DNA from: an uncultured virus (IMG/VR IMGVR_UViG_3300014969_000015)
Lineage: Duplodnaviria > Heunggongvirae > Uroviricota > Caudoviricetes
DNA length: 64,000 bases
IMG/VR virus record: IMGVR_UViG_3300014969_000015
Reading direction: 5' to 3' (one strand)
The position numbers were made by a program, and so were the translations under genes. The notes beneath the pieces were generated by a model, which saw only the letters and a program-made list of their open reading frames with translations, was not told the DNA's origin and did not search any database. The stretch's first letter is position 1. Each line of letters starts with the position of its first letter. Positions 7,967 to 19,364 of the stretch are shown here, one piece after another.

Positions 7967-10455
7967 GTCCCGTACGTCAACCGCGCGGGCAAGCTCTAGC
8001 ACCTTCAACTGTCTCTCGTCCCGAACGTTAGGTGCTCGGGCAAGCTCTATCACTACTCCAAGATGTCCGGTCCCGTCCCGAACGTTAGATGCTCGGGCAA
8101 GCTCTAACACCGTCGGATCGATGGTGGTCCCTCTTGTCCCGAACGTCAACCGCTCGGGCAAACTCTATCATCCGCCTAAGCGTCCGCGTGTCGGTTGTCC
8201 CGAGCGTTAGGTGCTCGGGCAAGCTCTATTATGAAGTGACCACTCATACGTCCCGAGCGTTAGGTGCTCGGGCAAGCTCTATCACGGACAGTCATCCGTC
8301 AGGACGTTCGATGATCGTCCCGAACGTTAGGTGCTCGGGCAAGCTCTATCACATGCGCAACTCCAATGTAGCAATTCGAGTTGGCGACGTCCCGAACGTT
8401 AGGTGCTCGGGCAAGCTCTATCACCACGAGGCCGTTAGCCGCTCACCTTCAAGGACTGTGTGTCCCGAGCGTTAGGTGCTCGGGCAAGCTCTATCACCGT
8501 TTGGAAACGAGGCGTCGCATCGGCGCGGGTGGATTCATCCCGAACGTTAGGTGCTCGGGCAAGCTCTATCACTTGGCCGCCTGCCGTATCGGTTCGGGTC
8601 CCGGCGTCGTCCCGAACGTTAGGTGCTCGGGCAAACTCTATCACCCGATGTTATCACAAGGTGTTAGGCTTGGGCCTACTGGTCCCGTCCCGAACGTTAG
8701 GTGCTCGGGCAAGCTCTATTTCACCGGCGAGTCTGGTGGCCAGCGCATCGAGGACGCCGTCGTCCTGAACGTTAGATGCTCGGGCAAGCTCTATCACACG
8801 CCAGTGGCTCGGTGATCCAAAGCCCCGGCATGAGCGTCCCGAACGTTAGATGCTCGGGCAAGCTCTATCACGAGTGCTAGCATTGACCGCTGGAGTCCCG
8901 AACGTTAGGTGCTCGGGCAAGCTCTATCACGGCGAGCCATTGCGCGACCGTGAGCGTACACATTTCGTCCCGTCCCGAACGTTAGATGCTCGGGCAAGCT
9001 CTATCACGAGGATGCACTCCAGTCCCGAGCGTCAGCTGCTCGGGCAAGCTCTATCATGCGCGGTTTCGCCAGCTGGAAAGCGCTCACTGTCCCGAGCGTC
9101 AGCTGCTCGGGCAAGCTCTATCATGCTCCGCAGTGCGGACAGGTGTGGTTCTTCACTCGCGTCCCGTGCGTCCCGTGCGTCAGGTGCTTGGGCAAGCTCT
9201 ATCATCCAGACCGACGAAGGTCCCGAGCTTCGGGTGCTCGGGCAAGCTCTATCATGCCGTGGGGCCTTCCGTTCGTCCCGAGCGTCAGGTGCTCGGGCAA
9301 GCTCTACCATTCACATCGACGCGCTCGATACAGGTCCCGAGCGTCAGGTGCTCGGGCAAGCTCTATCACACAGGTCGCACTTGCCCTTCGGGGCATCAAG
9401 CCAGCTGTCCCGAACGTTAGATGCTCGGGCAAGCTCTATCACGGTCGATGTTCGGGATCACGGTGCGCGTAAACAATCGTCCCGAACGTTAGATGCTCGG
9501 GCAAGCTCTATCACCTCGACAACGCGGGCCCCGGACCAGTCGCCTACTTCGGCCCCGAACGTTAGATGCTCGGGGCAAGCTCTATCACGTCGCGGCGGGA
9601 CTGCTCAGCCAGAGCGACGCCATGTCCCGAACGTTAGATGCTCGGGCAAGCTCTATCACGGCCGTGAGAACGGCGTGCGCAACGAGGTCTGCCTCGTCCC
9701 GAACGTTAGGTGCTCGGGCAAGCTCTATCACCCGGCGGCCGCTCCCAAGCTCATAGCCGAGATCCGCGGTCCCGAACGTTAGATGCTCGGGCAAGCTCTA
9801 TCACATCAAAATCTTGGCCGATGAGGTTCCGGCTTTCGCGTCCCGAACGTTAGATGCTCGGGCAAGCTCTATCACGCGCTGCAGATGCAGGCTGGTACCG
9901 TCCGCGACGCTGTCCCGAACGTTAGATGCTCGGGCAAGCTCTATCACGTCTACATTTCCGTCCAACCATCTAAGCGAGCACTTGTCCCGAACGTTAGGTG
10001 CTCGGGCAAGCTCTATCACTCAAGCCCCGCCTTGATCGCCGCTCCGCGAAGGATGGTCCTGAACGTTAGGTGCTCGGGCAAGCTCTATCATCACCTGACC
10101 TACCAAGTCGGGAAGCCCCGGCATCACGTCCCGAACGTTAGGTGCTCGGGCAAGCTCTATCACACGGTTGTCAGGGGCGTTCGCCAAAGCCATTGTGTTG
10201 TCCCGAACGTTAGATGCTCGGGCAAGCTCTATCACGGAGTGGATCCGAATGTCCAACCTGCCCACCCTACTGTCCCGAACGTTAGATGCTCGGGCAAGCT
10301 CTATCACATCCGATTTCGGAGAGCGGGCCGCCAACGATGGTGCCCGTGTCCCGAACGTTAGATGCTCGGGCAAGCTCTATCACCGGGCACTTACGATCGC
10401 GAGCGACGACCTGTGACGCGTCCCGAACGTTAGATGCTCGGGCAAGCTCTATCAC
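7967..10455 (-). CRISPR. CRISPR array, 37 repeats and 36 spacers; 36-nt repeat GTGATAGAGCTTGCCCGAGCA(T/C)CTAACGTTCGGGAC in transcribed orientation
   Basis: The + strand shows GTCCCGAACGTTAG(A/G)TGCTCGGGCAAGCTCTATCAC repeated with unique spacers. Repeats degenerate at the left end; leader and promoter lie at the right end. Confidence 0.97.
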
Positions 10456-10599
10456 GTCAAGCAACTATTCAGTTGTCACTTAGCCGCCTTACAGTACTGA
10501 TTTCGAGCGGCTATGTCAAAGACCTTTTTATCAATGGCAGGGTGATCTGCGCTCTATACCAATTAGAAGAATTTTCACATATTTGCCTGACGCAAGAGG
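10456..10599 (-). promoter_or_regulatory. CRISPR leader with sigma70 promoter
   Basis: AT-richer non-coding stretch; minus-strand TTGACA (10519-10514), N17, TACTGT (10496-10491) points into the array. Confidence 0.8.
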
Positions 10600-11135
10600 T
10601 CACCCTTCGATGAGGAGCACTGGACCGCTCGCACTGCACGCGTTCATCGCCGTGAGCAGCGCCCCGACAGCGTCCCGGATGCCCTTCTGGGGTCCGGTCG
10701 CGGCGTACTCGTCGAGGACCGCCAGATAATTCGACAGGCACGACAGACACGACAGATCCAGCTTTGGATCGTCGAGGACTCGCAGCGCGACATCGACGGC
10801 GCCCACGATAACCCTGCTTGTGGTCGGAATCGGTCCGCCCTCGACCGTCGATCCGCGGTGCGCCTCCGCCCACATGTCGAGGATGACGAGCTGCGCTCCC
10901 GTGAGCCCGCGCCACGTGAACGTCCTGCGCCATGTGAACGTCCTCGCGCTTGTCGACAGCGCAAAGAGCCCGCGATCTTGCCCGACCAGGTCGGGAACGT
11001 CAGCACCCCGCGCCCGGAGCGGACGATCGCGCGCACGCAGCCAAGCACGGTCGCGAGCGGCAATTCCGAGGCGTCGATCAGCTCGGCGGTAGAAGCGCTC
11101 TCGTCCCACGAGTCGTCGTCCTGCCAGTCCTTCAA
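10600..11135 (-). pseudogene. Probably one frameshifted hypothetical gene upstream of the leader
   Basis: The N-terminus looks protein-like in frame 10644..11135 (coupled to the SLT stop) and the C-terminus in frame 10600..11148. The switch is near 10960, next to a 15-nt duplication (RTFTW x2). Confidence 0.45.
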
Positions 11136-11671
11136 GAGGCCCCTCCAAGTGCTCTGTGGATCATCCGCGCCCGTGCCTCGAACAGCCTTACCGCATCACA
11201 GCCCGGACTTCCCGGATGTGCACCGCAGTACGCTCGAAAACCCCGTCCACCGGCGTACGCCCACAGTGCGCAGCGTTGAATGACCTCGTCGTTGACGTCA
11301 TGTCGCCAATGATCCGCTGCGTGGCATACGTCGATCCATGTACGAAGATGCTCGGCTCCCGCGAGGTAGCCTCCCAAGAGGGTCAGCTCTTCGGGGGTAC
11401 AGCGCTCGTGAGGAATCGGGGTCATGACGCCGCAACTGACGCGGCCTCGGCTCTCGAGGGTGCGTAGGCCGACGACGAAGCGCGACTCGTGGTAGGCCAC
11501 CGAGAGGAGCACGGCTGGATCGATTCCGTATTTTTCACCTGCAACGCGAGCGGCTCCGAGGTGTTGGGCCGCGGCAGCCTGCGTGAGATACTGCGGGGCG
11601 GTCGCTTGGAGGGCTTGTACCTCTGCTGGGGTGGTTTGGAGCGTGAGCCAGAGAGCGAGGATCCAATTCAT
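11132..11671 (-). CDS. Lytic transglycosylase (SLT-like) with signal peptide
   Basis: KYGIDPAVLLSVAYHESRF catalytic ES motif, GVM, and ALWAYAGG. Confidence 0.75.
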   Translation of the reverse strand: MNWILALWLTLQTTPAEVQALQATAPQYLTQAAAAQHLGAARVAGEKYGIDPAVLLSVAYHESRFVVGLRTLESRGRVSCGVMTPIPHERCTPEELTLLGGYLAGAEHLRTWIDVCHAADHWRHDVNDEVIQRCALWAYAGGRGFRAYCGAHPGSPGCDAVRLFEARARMIHRALGGAS

Positions 11672-12662
11672 GCCCTGACATAGACCAAACGGTCAGATAT
11701 TCCCATACAAAGTTGGTGTATTCGTGTGGCTATCACACCAAAAACGGTGTGCGGGCTCACGAAGCATTGGCAACATTGGCAGCCTCAGAACATCCGGTTG
11801 TTAAATGCTTGACATATCGTACACTCACAGCGTGATGGTCTGCGCAGTGCATGTATCTCGCGTCTATGCAGATCTCGTCTGTCGGCTCGATGTGCAGTCA
11901 TGTCAGCTCTGTAGGCTTGACATGACGCGCATCCACAGCGGGCTCTGACACCGCGCTGTCTGTGATCTTCTCTGGAGTTGATCCATGTGGGCCATGTCGT
12001 CCACACTTGACCAAGATCTGCATCATGCGGTGTGTGGTCGATGACTAAGCGCATTGCGACTTGTGGAGTACGCGGGTTAATTCAAGCACTTCAGGTATGT
12101 GGTTCCTGACTAGCGCTCGTTTGCTCGAGGGGCCCACCCATCCTCCTGAAAGTAGAAAAAGGGCAGCGTGTTCCATTCGGCGGCCGTCAGGGTGACGAGC
12201 TTGGTGACATCGTCGCGCATGGCGTATGCGTACATGACGTCGGTGACGGGCTGTCCTTTCACGACGTCCCGGAAAAGCCCCATGGGCATGAGGTAGCGTA
12301 GGAGCGTTCTTGGATCGGTCCAGATCTTCATACGCAGCCGGAGACCGGTCTGCGAAGAGGAAGGGCTCTCTGGTTGGGCTGTCTCCGACCCTTCGCGGGG
12401 CTCTATATTTGGCAGGGCATCCATCGCCTCTTCGTAGGCGCGCGCTGCTTCATAGGACGTTTTGGGATAGAGCGCCGCTGCTTCTTCGATGGATGCTTCG
12501 GGGGTCTCGGTCGTTGCTCCGCTCATTGCATTACCTTTCGCGCATAGTCGTAGGATTCATGGCCTATATCAAGCGCTGCCGTCCGCTCCGTGTTGAGCTG
12601 ACCGATCTTATTTTGCGGGCTCTTCTATTCGTTGTCGACCACGCCGCATCGGGAGTGAGGCT

Positions 12663-13058
12663 TCAGCGGTGGATCTTCTTGTGCTGTGGCAAGTGTCGCG
12701 GATATTTTGGCAGCTTGATCTTGTTCGCGCGTAACATCACCGCGAAGGAAGGAAACAATTCAGGACCTTCTGTGTCTTCGACCTCCTCGCGTGTGACCTG
12801 GTGCTGCAGGGCGAGAAGCCGTACTCCGATTGCCTGAAAACCCAGGACACGAATCCAGCCCTGGCACGGTACGCTCTCGCGCTCTTCCGCGGGTAGGGCA
12901 TTCGCTTTGTGGCAGAGCATGATGTTCAGGCCGTCACCCTGGCAGCTCTGCCAGATGTCGACGAAGTGCTGGGGGTCCCAGTAGCCGCGCGGTGCGTCGA
13001 CTCTCCAGGGACAGTTGGAACAGGGTCGCCTGACTTTTGTGCCGACTACTGGATTCAT
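12663..13058 (-). CDS. DUF6283-like Cys-rich protein
   Basis: PCSNCPWRVDAP.G.W...CH...CQGW. Confidence 0.65.
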   Translation of the reverse strand: MNPVVGTKVRRPCSNCPWRVDAPRGYWDPQHFVDIWQSCQGDGLNIMLCHKANALPAEERESVPCQGWIRVLGFQAIGVRLLALQHQVTREEVEDTEGPELFPSFAVMLRANKIKLPKYPRHLPQHKKIHR

Positions 13059-13091
13059 GTGCGGTGCAACACTAGAGCGCAGAGCGCGCGG

Positions 13092-13454
13092 TTACGGTTC
13101 AATTTCAGAACAGCGACACTGAACATGTGTCACTAGCACACCATCTTCATTGAAGAAGATGCTTTCATCGCAGTCACCGATGTTTCCACAATGACTGACG
13201 GCGCCGCAATTCAGATGGCAGATCGCATCACCGCTCCGCTTGTTGAGAGAGCACCATCCCGGGCCACCGTTGTTCATGTCATCTGATGTGCAGCATGTCG
13301 TCACGGCACAAAAGGGATCTGAATGGGGCTTGATTTTAACGATCTGGGCTTCATCCAAGATGTAGGTGCTGGGATCTAGGCCCGCATCCGGACCAGAGCT
13401 GATGTTCGTTGTACAAGCGCAGGTGAGTAGGGCAATAAGGCAGAATTTGGACAT
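13092..13454 (-). CDS. Cys-rich putative lipoprotein
   Basis: MSKFCLIALLTCAC signal/lipobox-like start and many Cys. Confidence 0.5.
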   Translation of the reverse strand: MSKFCLIALLTCACTTNISSGPDAGLDPSTYILDEAQIVKIKPHSDPFCAVTTCCTSDDMNNGGPGWCSLNKRSGDAICHLNCGAVSHCGNIGDCDESIFFNEDGVLVTHVQCRCSEIEP

Positions 13455-14247
13455 TTACACTTTCGGGGTTGGTTACTGGACGGCTGCGAATGGATGTTGT
13501 TGGTCGCGGTGGTTGATCACGCGTCGTATGAAGGCGGCAACGGCTGCCGGGGTGATCTCCAAGCCGCCGTGTGGAGGAGCAATGTCGTATTCAGGCATCT
13601 CCGTGACTTTCCAATAGCCGGCTCTAATACGTTTTCCAGTCGGCAGGAGCACGTGCACTGTGGGTTGACCGCAGGATAAGTGAACCTTCCAGTAGTACTT
13701 TGTGCCATCTACGACGATGGGGCGCCCTCGACGTTTCGATGACTTGCGGCTCACATTGTCCCCTGATGGCAGCTGAATGCTTCCGTGCTTTATCTGGTTA
13801 GCGTCCAGTATCACGGTCTTCTTTGAACCGTCCAGCTCACGTTGTGAGCAACAGACTGCATATGCCCTTGCTCCGCGTTCGGCATATTCAAGCTCATCTT
13901 GTTCCATCTTCTCGTGTGGCGCTTCTTTCACAGGCTCGCCTTGACTATCAATCAGAGGCCAGTAGAGGATCTGCCTCGTAGGCTATGCAATCCCCTTCCT
14001 CGCAGGAGCTGCAGCTCGTCGAGCCCGGGTATTTAGCGTCGCGGCCATGCTCTTCGGGGGAATGTCCGCAGGTGCAGGGGTCCGAGCCTCCTATGACGGT
14101 TCCGCCGTTGGTGTTTTCTGTCGTCGGGACACTTCCCGGCATCCCAAATGTTTTCTTTGCAGGCGTCTTCTTGGCGCGCGTTTTCCTGGGCTTACTTGAT
14201 GTTTTCTTCGTGGGGGCCTTCTTGGTGTTTTTTGCCATGAGGTTCCT

Positions 14248-15171
14248 CTAGGGGTTACGCCGAGGCTCGATCACGAGCGTTTGACGGTCATCTCGCAATG
14301 ACGTATGCGGACCTTCAACGCGCGCATACAAGGATCCGCCAGATTGATCCAATTCGTCGGCGATCCGGCGTAATTGGCGTGCCACTTCCGACGTGGTCGC
14401 TAGCTCTTGGGCCGTGATCTTTGGAGACTCGAGCGATGAGAGTGCGGATTGAAACAGCCGTCCTGTTAGTGTTAGTCGGGCACTAACATTGCCAACAGTG
14501 GGCCGTACCCACGGGTCATAGGCAATCTCTTCGTTTTGGGATTTGGCGCACCGCTCAATGTAAGCATGGCGGTTTTGCTTCTTCACAGGACTACTGACTT
14601 TTTGGAGTATGTATAGACAGAAGCCCTCGTGCGGCTCTTTGTCATCTATGAAAGACAGCTCGACGCGACGTTCCAAGATGCGATTGACATTGTCAACGAT
14701 CTCGTTGAGTTGATCATCACAGCTGACGCGGAGTATGTCATCTTCAGCCGGTACTGCAGGTTTGCCGACTTCTTGGAGCGCGTACAGGCAGAAGCCCTCG
14801 TGCACCACCACATCGTCGACAAAAGACAACCCGATGTAACGTTTTAGGATACGGTTGGTATTATCAACGACCTCGTTGGGCTGATCGTCATAGTTGACAC
14901 GGAGGACATTATATTCGTCTGCCATGAAATCCCTTAGGTTAGGCTGCTGTGTTCCATGCTTATCCGGTTGACACCCAACGTTGCCGGCGCTCATCAGTAA
15001 GTCCTCCCAGCAAGTTCGGCAGACACCTTGCGCCGGAACCATCTTTTCGCGCGACGGCGCAGCCATGCACTGCAACTGTGATAAGGCTGTCCTCCGTTGA
15101 GGATGCTGACGTAGCGTCGGAACGTGATGGGTCCAAGCGATGGATGGGTCCAAAGTGTCTTTGGTGGGCAC
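14248..15171 (-). CDS. Hypothetical protein with internal tandem domain duplication
   Basis: LRV..DDQ.NE.VDN.NRIL...LSF.DD...HEGFCLY.LQ.V occurs twice. Confidence 0.65.
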   Translation of the reverse strand: MPTKDTLDPSIAWTHHVPTLRQHPQRRTALSQLQCMAAPSREKMVPAQGVCRTCWEDLLMSAGNVGCQPDKHGTQQPNLRDFMADEYNVLRVNYDDQPNEVVDNTNRILKRYIGLSFVDDVVVHEGFCLYALQEVGKPAVPAEDDILRVSCDDQLNEIVDNVNRILERRVELSFIDDKEPHEGFCLYILQKVSSPVKKQNRHAYIERCAKSQNEEIAYDPWVRPTVGNVSARLTLTGRLFQSALSSLESPKITAQELATTSEVARQLRRIADELDQSGGSLYARVEGPHTSLRDDRQTLVIEPRRNP

Positions 15172-15250
15172 TTACGCATTGTGTTATTCGAGCGGCGTGG
15201 CTGCGCGACCCAGGAGTTCGCCGAGGCCTTCCTACGCAGCTGCGGACGCA

Positions 15251-15760
15251 CTATGCAGAAAGGGACTGCGTAGGAAGAGGCAGTGAGGATAGCGCGCCAT
15301 CCCATGCCACCGCACTTCGATCGACTCTATTTATCGCACGTGCCGTAACTGCGTCGGAATCATGACGCGAGCTAACAAGCTCAGATTCACGAACGAGACG
15401 AAAGTCCCTTGCCGACAGCTTTGCCAGGCACTCTGCCGGGGCTCTAAGAAACCGAAGTGAGAACAGCTGCGCGGTATATGTGGTTAGTTCACCCCCAGCA
15501 GAGAGAGAATGGACGGGACCCCATCGCAGCGGTTGATCGAGCAGCGGGATCAACGTAAAATCCTCGCTGTACTTTAGTGGAGCCAGTTCTTCGTTGCACT
15601 CGCGCACAGCCGCACGGGCCCATTCATTTTTCTCGTGCGGCTCGACGTGCCCGCCGACGAAAGACCAGTCGTTCCACTGTTTGTGCCTGATCAGCACGTG
15701 AACCGACTCAGCGTTGACCCTCAGTCGGATCACGACAAGGGCGAGATCTGAGTGTCTCAT
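15251..15760 (-). CDS. NUDIX hydrolase
   Basis: GGHVEPHE...AAVRECNEEL Nudix box. Confidence 0.85.
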   Translation of the reverse strand: MRHSDLALVVIRLRVNAESVHVLIRHKQWNDWSFVGGHVEPHEKNEWARAAVRECNEELAPLKYSEDFTLIPLLDQPLRWGPVHSLSAGGELTTYTAQLFSLRFLRAPAECLAKLSARDFRLVRESELVSSRHDSDAVTARAINRVDRSAVAWDGALSSLPLPTQSLSA

Positions 15761-16955
15761 AGGGTTACCTCCTCCGTTTGAGTGAGCTTGATGTTACGGG
15801 CCATGTAGTACGACCTTGGATCAGCAACAGATGTAGCGTCCGCCACAGCCGTCGATTTCATAAAGTTGATGCGGATCAGGGGGCAGGGGCAATTTTACCA
15901 TGCTTGCTGTTGGCACGATGCACGTCGTGCTCTCCGCGAGCGGTGCATATGCTGGGCTGCCATGTTCCAGCTTTGCCGCAGCGACAGATGTAGCGGTAGT
16001 GCCGAAAGTATCGATCGGGATTGCCATTGTCATCGACTTCTGCAAGTTGATGCTCTGCAAGTTGATGCGGATCAGGGCTCATGAAAGCCGCTCGAAGCTA
16101 CTTGCCCAGCGTACTGCGAACTGGAATGTTCTGGAGGGGTGGAAAGGAGCTGCGCTTCATGGGTTCATTGCCCCGCGGCACCCCTGCGCGTAAGCCCCAT
16201 TTAGGAGCGCCACCAATTCTTCGAGCCCCGCCATCATGCTTGCGGTGGGCAGCCCTCGTGGGTCATCTTCGTGCCGCATGTGTAGCAGACTGATCAGGTG
16301 CTCAAGCCGGATGCTGAAATCTGGACCTATGACCTCGCGACCCTTGATCTTGTAGGTGTCTTGTTTCGACGGCCGATGGACCTCCAGGCAGCGTGAAAGC
16401 TCTTGCGCGACCTCTGTCCGGCTCATGCTTGCGGGGTAGTCCTGGAGGTCGTCGACGATTCCGTAGAGGTCGAGCACAGCGCGCACCGCATCCACGGGCC
16501 ATCCAATATGTACGGCGTAGGCCTCGGCGTTCATGACTTCCGCGCCACAGGCGCAGCCTCGAACGTGGACCGCGTTACCAGGACCTTCGGCAAGCGTCCG
16601 CAGGATCCGGGGGGCATGCCGATCTGGAAGGGGCGCGGGAGCAGGAGGCTCCACGGCCGTAAGGAACGTCTTACCACCGTGACTGATTGCAGCCTGCGCA
16701 CAGGTGTGCCCCGTGCGGATGTCGAAGGACCTCCCACATAGACCGCAACGGTTCTCGATCTGGATGTCCTTGATGACCCAGTCCGTCGACGGGGGTGGAA
16801 GCACCGTGACCGCGTGCCAAGGAGCTCCACAAATGCCGGGGAGTACGGCCCTCTTGGTCGATTTGCACAGGGGGCAACGATCGAGATCCGGCATGGCAAG
16901 ACCTTTAGCACGACAGATCTTGCGTTGACAAGCATGAACACGACGTGTACATGTC

Positions 16956-17264
16956 ATGGCCGTGGCTCCCCGGAATCGAACCGATATTCACATCCGTCCG
17001 TACGCCAGCGAGGTTCGCGCGTGGAAGGCGCACGCGCGGAGGGATAACAAGTCGCTCACGGACTGGATCAGGGAACGGTTGAACGTGACCCCTGTACCAC
17101 CCAGCGTTCCCGCAGCGCTGCCGGATGGTGCGGCTCCACCCGCGGTTACCGAGATGCGTTTGTGTGAGGCTCGGATGGTTGTACTCCACCCGAAACAGCT
17201 GTACCTGTTTTCCGTGGATCCGGACTGTGAAAAGTGCGTGGCGGCGGCTGGAGGGACTCCATGA
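16956..17264 (+). CDS. Ribbon-helix-helix-like DNA-binding protein
   Basis: DIHIR....EVRAWKAHARRDNKSLTDWIRERL. Confidence 0.55.
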   Translation: MAVAPRNRTDIHIRPYASEVRAWKAHARRDNKSLTDWIRERLNVTPVPPSVPAALPDGAAPPAVTEMRLCEARMVVLHPKQLYLFSVDPDCEKCVAAAGGTP

Positions 17265-19132
17265 GCCGCCCCAATATCACGGATGATACTGTCAAGGGCC
17301 TTTCTTTTGCCCGCGCTTGCGTCCTCGATCAACAATCTTCCTCGCATCTCCGTAAGAACCACAGCTGGGATGATCGCTTCAAAGCAGCCCTAGCCGCGAT
17401 CGATTTCATCGTTGGTTCGCATAAGCGCTCGATGAAGAAAGCTCCTCGGAACAAGCTGTAATGGCTAAACAAGATCCTAGGCTTGGAAGACTGCATCTTC
17501 TATGTTGGATGCCGAGGGGTAATCCACCGCAGGGTCGCTGTAAGCCGCCCTGCGCGCTACACGAGTTAAACTGTGAAGCTTGTAAAATTTGCGGCAGATT
17601 GCCAGGAGCCCCCGGCGGATGACTGGAGCCCACAATGATATTGCGAGCACGCTGGATCGGCCATCTTCCTAGGCCCGGTGAGTACCTCATGTCTGAGGTG
17701 CGGCCTCGCTACGCATACCGCATCGAGCAGGTGACTCCGGTGTCACCGGCCGTTCGCTGGGATCCTTCGGCCAAGGCCGAGCTTCGGGATTTACGGCTCT
17801 GCGTTTCTCGGGTCTCGGTAAACTCCGTGACCCGAGATGCGCACGTTCACGGCTGGCGGTGGGATCGGCGCGTGGCGCGGCACAGTGCCCGCCAACTGAC
17901 CATTCGTGGACATTTGGTAGAGCCCCAGGGGCGGAGACTTGCGTGAGGGCTGTTTCATCGACATCGATGCAGTCGATCGCTCCTGGCGCAGGTCGCGAGC
18001 CCGTTTGGCGTACCCGTTGTAGTGTCATAACCCAGCCGAGAGTGAAACATGCGTATTGAAATATCCACCGCATTTGAGACGAGCCACATCGAGGACTACA
18101 AGACTAAAATCACGGCCAAGATCGTGAACAATAATGGTGTGGTGCTGTGCGAAGGCGAGGATGTCGACGCTTGGCCGGACCCCAACAAGTATCGAGCCTC
18201 GGCGAAAAAAGCCACGCAAGCGGCGCTGCGCAGGTTCGAGGAGTTGCTCAACAACGCGCGGGATGTTGCCAAGAAATCAGGGCTGTATTGATGAATGGGG
18301 AGGCTAGAGTGACGAAGATTCGAGTTTTTGATGAGACCTGGGACGTCCCCCGGGGTTTTGGCGCGACGTATCGGCGAGTGATCCGCGGTCACCGAACCTT
18401 GATCGCAGCGGGTGATCTCGGCAGGCTCAGCTCTGAGGTGATCGACGGGCTCGGACTCATCGGCTATCACGTGACTCCTGAGCAAGTTTCCAGCTGGGAC
18501 CTCCACAGGCGTGTGGAGGCGGTTGTCTATGCGGTGACCGAGCATGCGCGGGCTTCGGATAATCCGGTACCGCGACACCCCCGGCCAAGTTGGCTGCCCG
18601 AGCACCCGTGGCAAGGTCCTGAGCGGGGTGAGGGCGTGCTTGCAGGACCTAGCGGCACGCAACTTCGGTCTTGTGAACGGGGAGCCCATCGGTTCAACGC
18701 GTACGGTTTCTGCAGGGACTGCGGCGCGAAACGACGAGCCCAGCCGTAGCCGTGGGGCCCGTGGCGCGCCGCGAGAAGAAGTAACGACGGACGCAAACGA
18801 AGGAGATTAAGATGTCGCAGTTCGCTAAACTTAATAAGCTCGACGACTTTGAAGCTGCCTGGAATCGCGTTCTTTCTACAGAGTCCGTTGGACTTGATTT
18901 CGAGGAGGCTGAGGATCGAGCCGTTTTTCGTGGGCGTTTGACCGCGGCGATGAGCAACTTGCGCGTTGACGGTATGCGCCGTCTTGCAGAGGCTCTCGCA
19001 GTGGGTCATCCGGGGCGCTCACGATCCCAAATTATTCGCAGTATTGCGAACGCGTGGATACGTTTGGAGCGAGCTGGTAGCAAAATGAAAGGCGGTTAGG
19101 GTTATGACCCGCTGCATTTGTTCCTGTCAAGC

Positions 19133-19364
19133 TATGGCGAAAAATCGAGGCACCGACTCGCAGTTGCTGACCATGCACGAGCTGGCAGTGTACCTGCACC
19201 TCGACGAGACAACCGTTTCGAAGCTTGTGATGCAGGGCAAGATTCCCTCGCTACAACTCGAGCGGCAGTGGCGCTTCAAGCGCGCCGCCATCGACGAATG
19301 GATCGAGCAGCAGTTGGTCGGAGACAGCCAAGCTTATCCGGTTAACACTCACCCAGGATCCTAA
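19133..19364 (+). CDS. Excisionase-like HTH (HTH_17) DNA-binding protein; start uncertain
   Basis: LLTMHELAVYLHLDETTVSKLVMQGKIPSLQLERQWRFKRAAIDEWI. Confidence 0.85.

Noticed and set aside
8003..10419. Self-targeting spacers within the window
   Set aside because: By eye I found only an ~11-nt match (gccgtggggcc near 18750), which is expected by chance. A proper alignment was not possible.
7914..10483. Many ORFs across the array (e.g. 8850..9782, 310 aa)
   Set aside because: They are translations of a stop-free 36-nt repeat plus spacers, not real genes.
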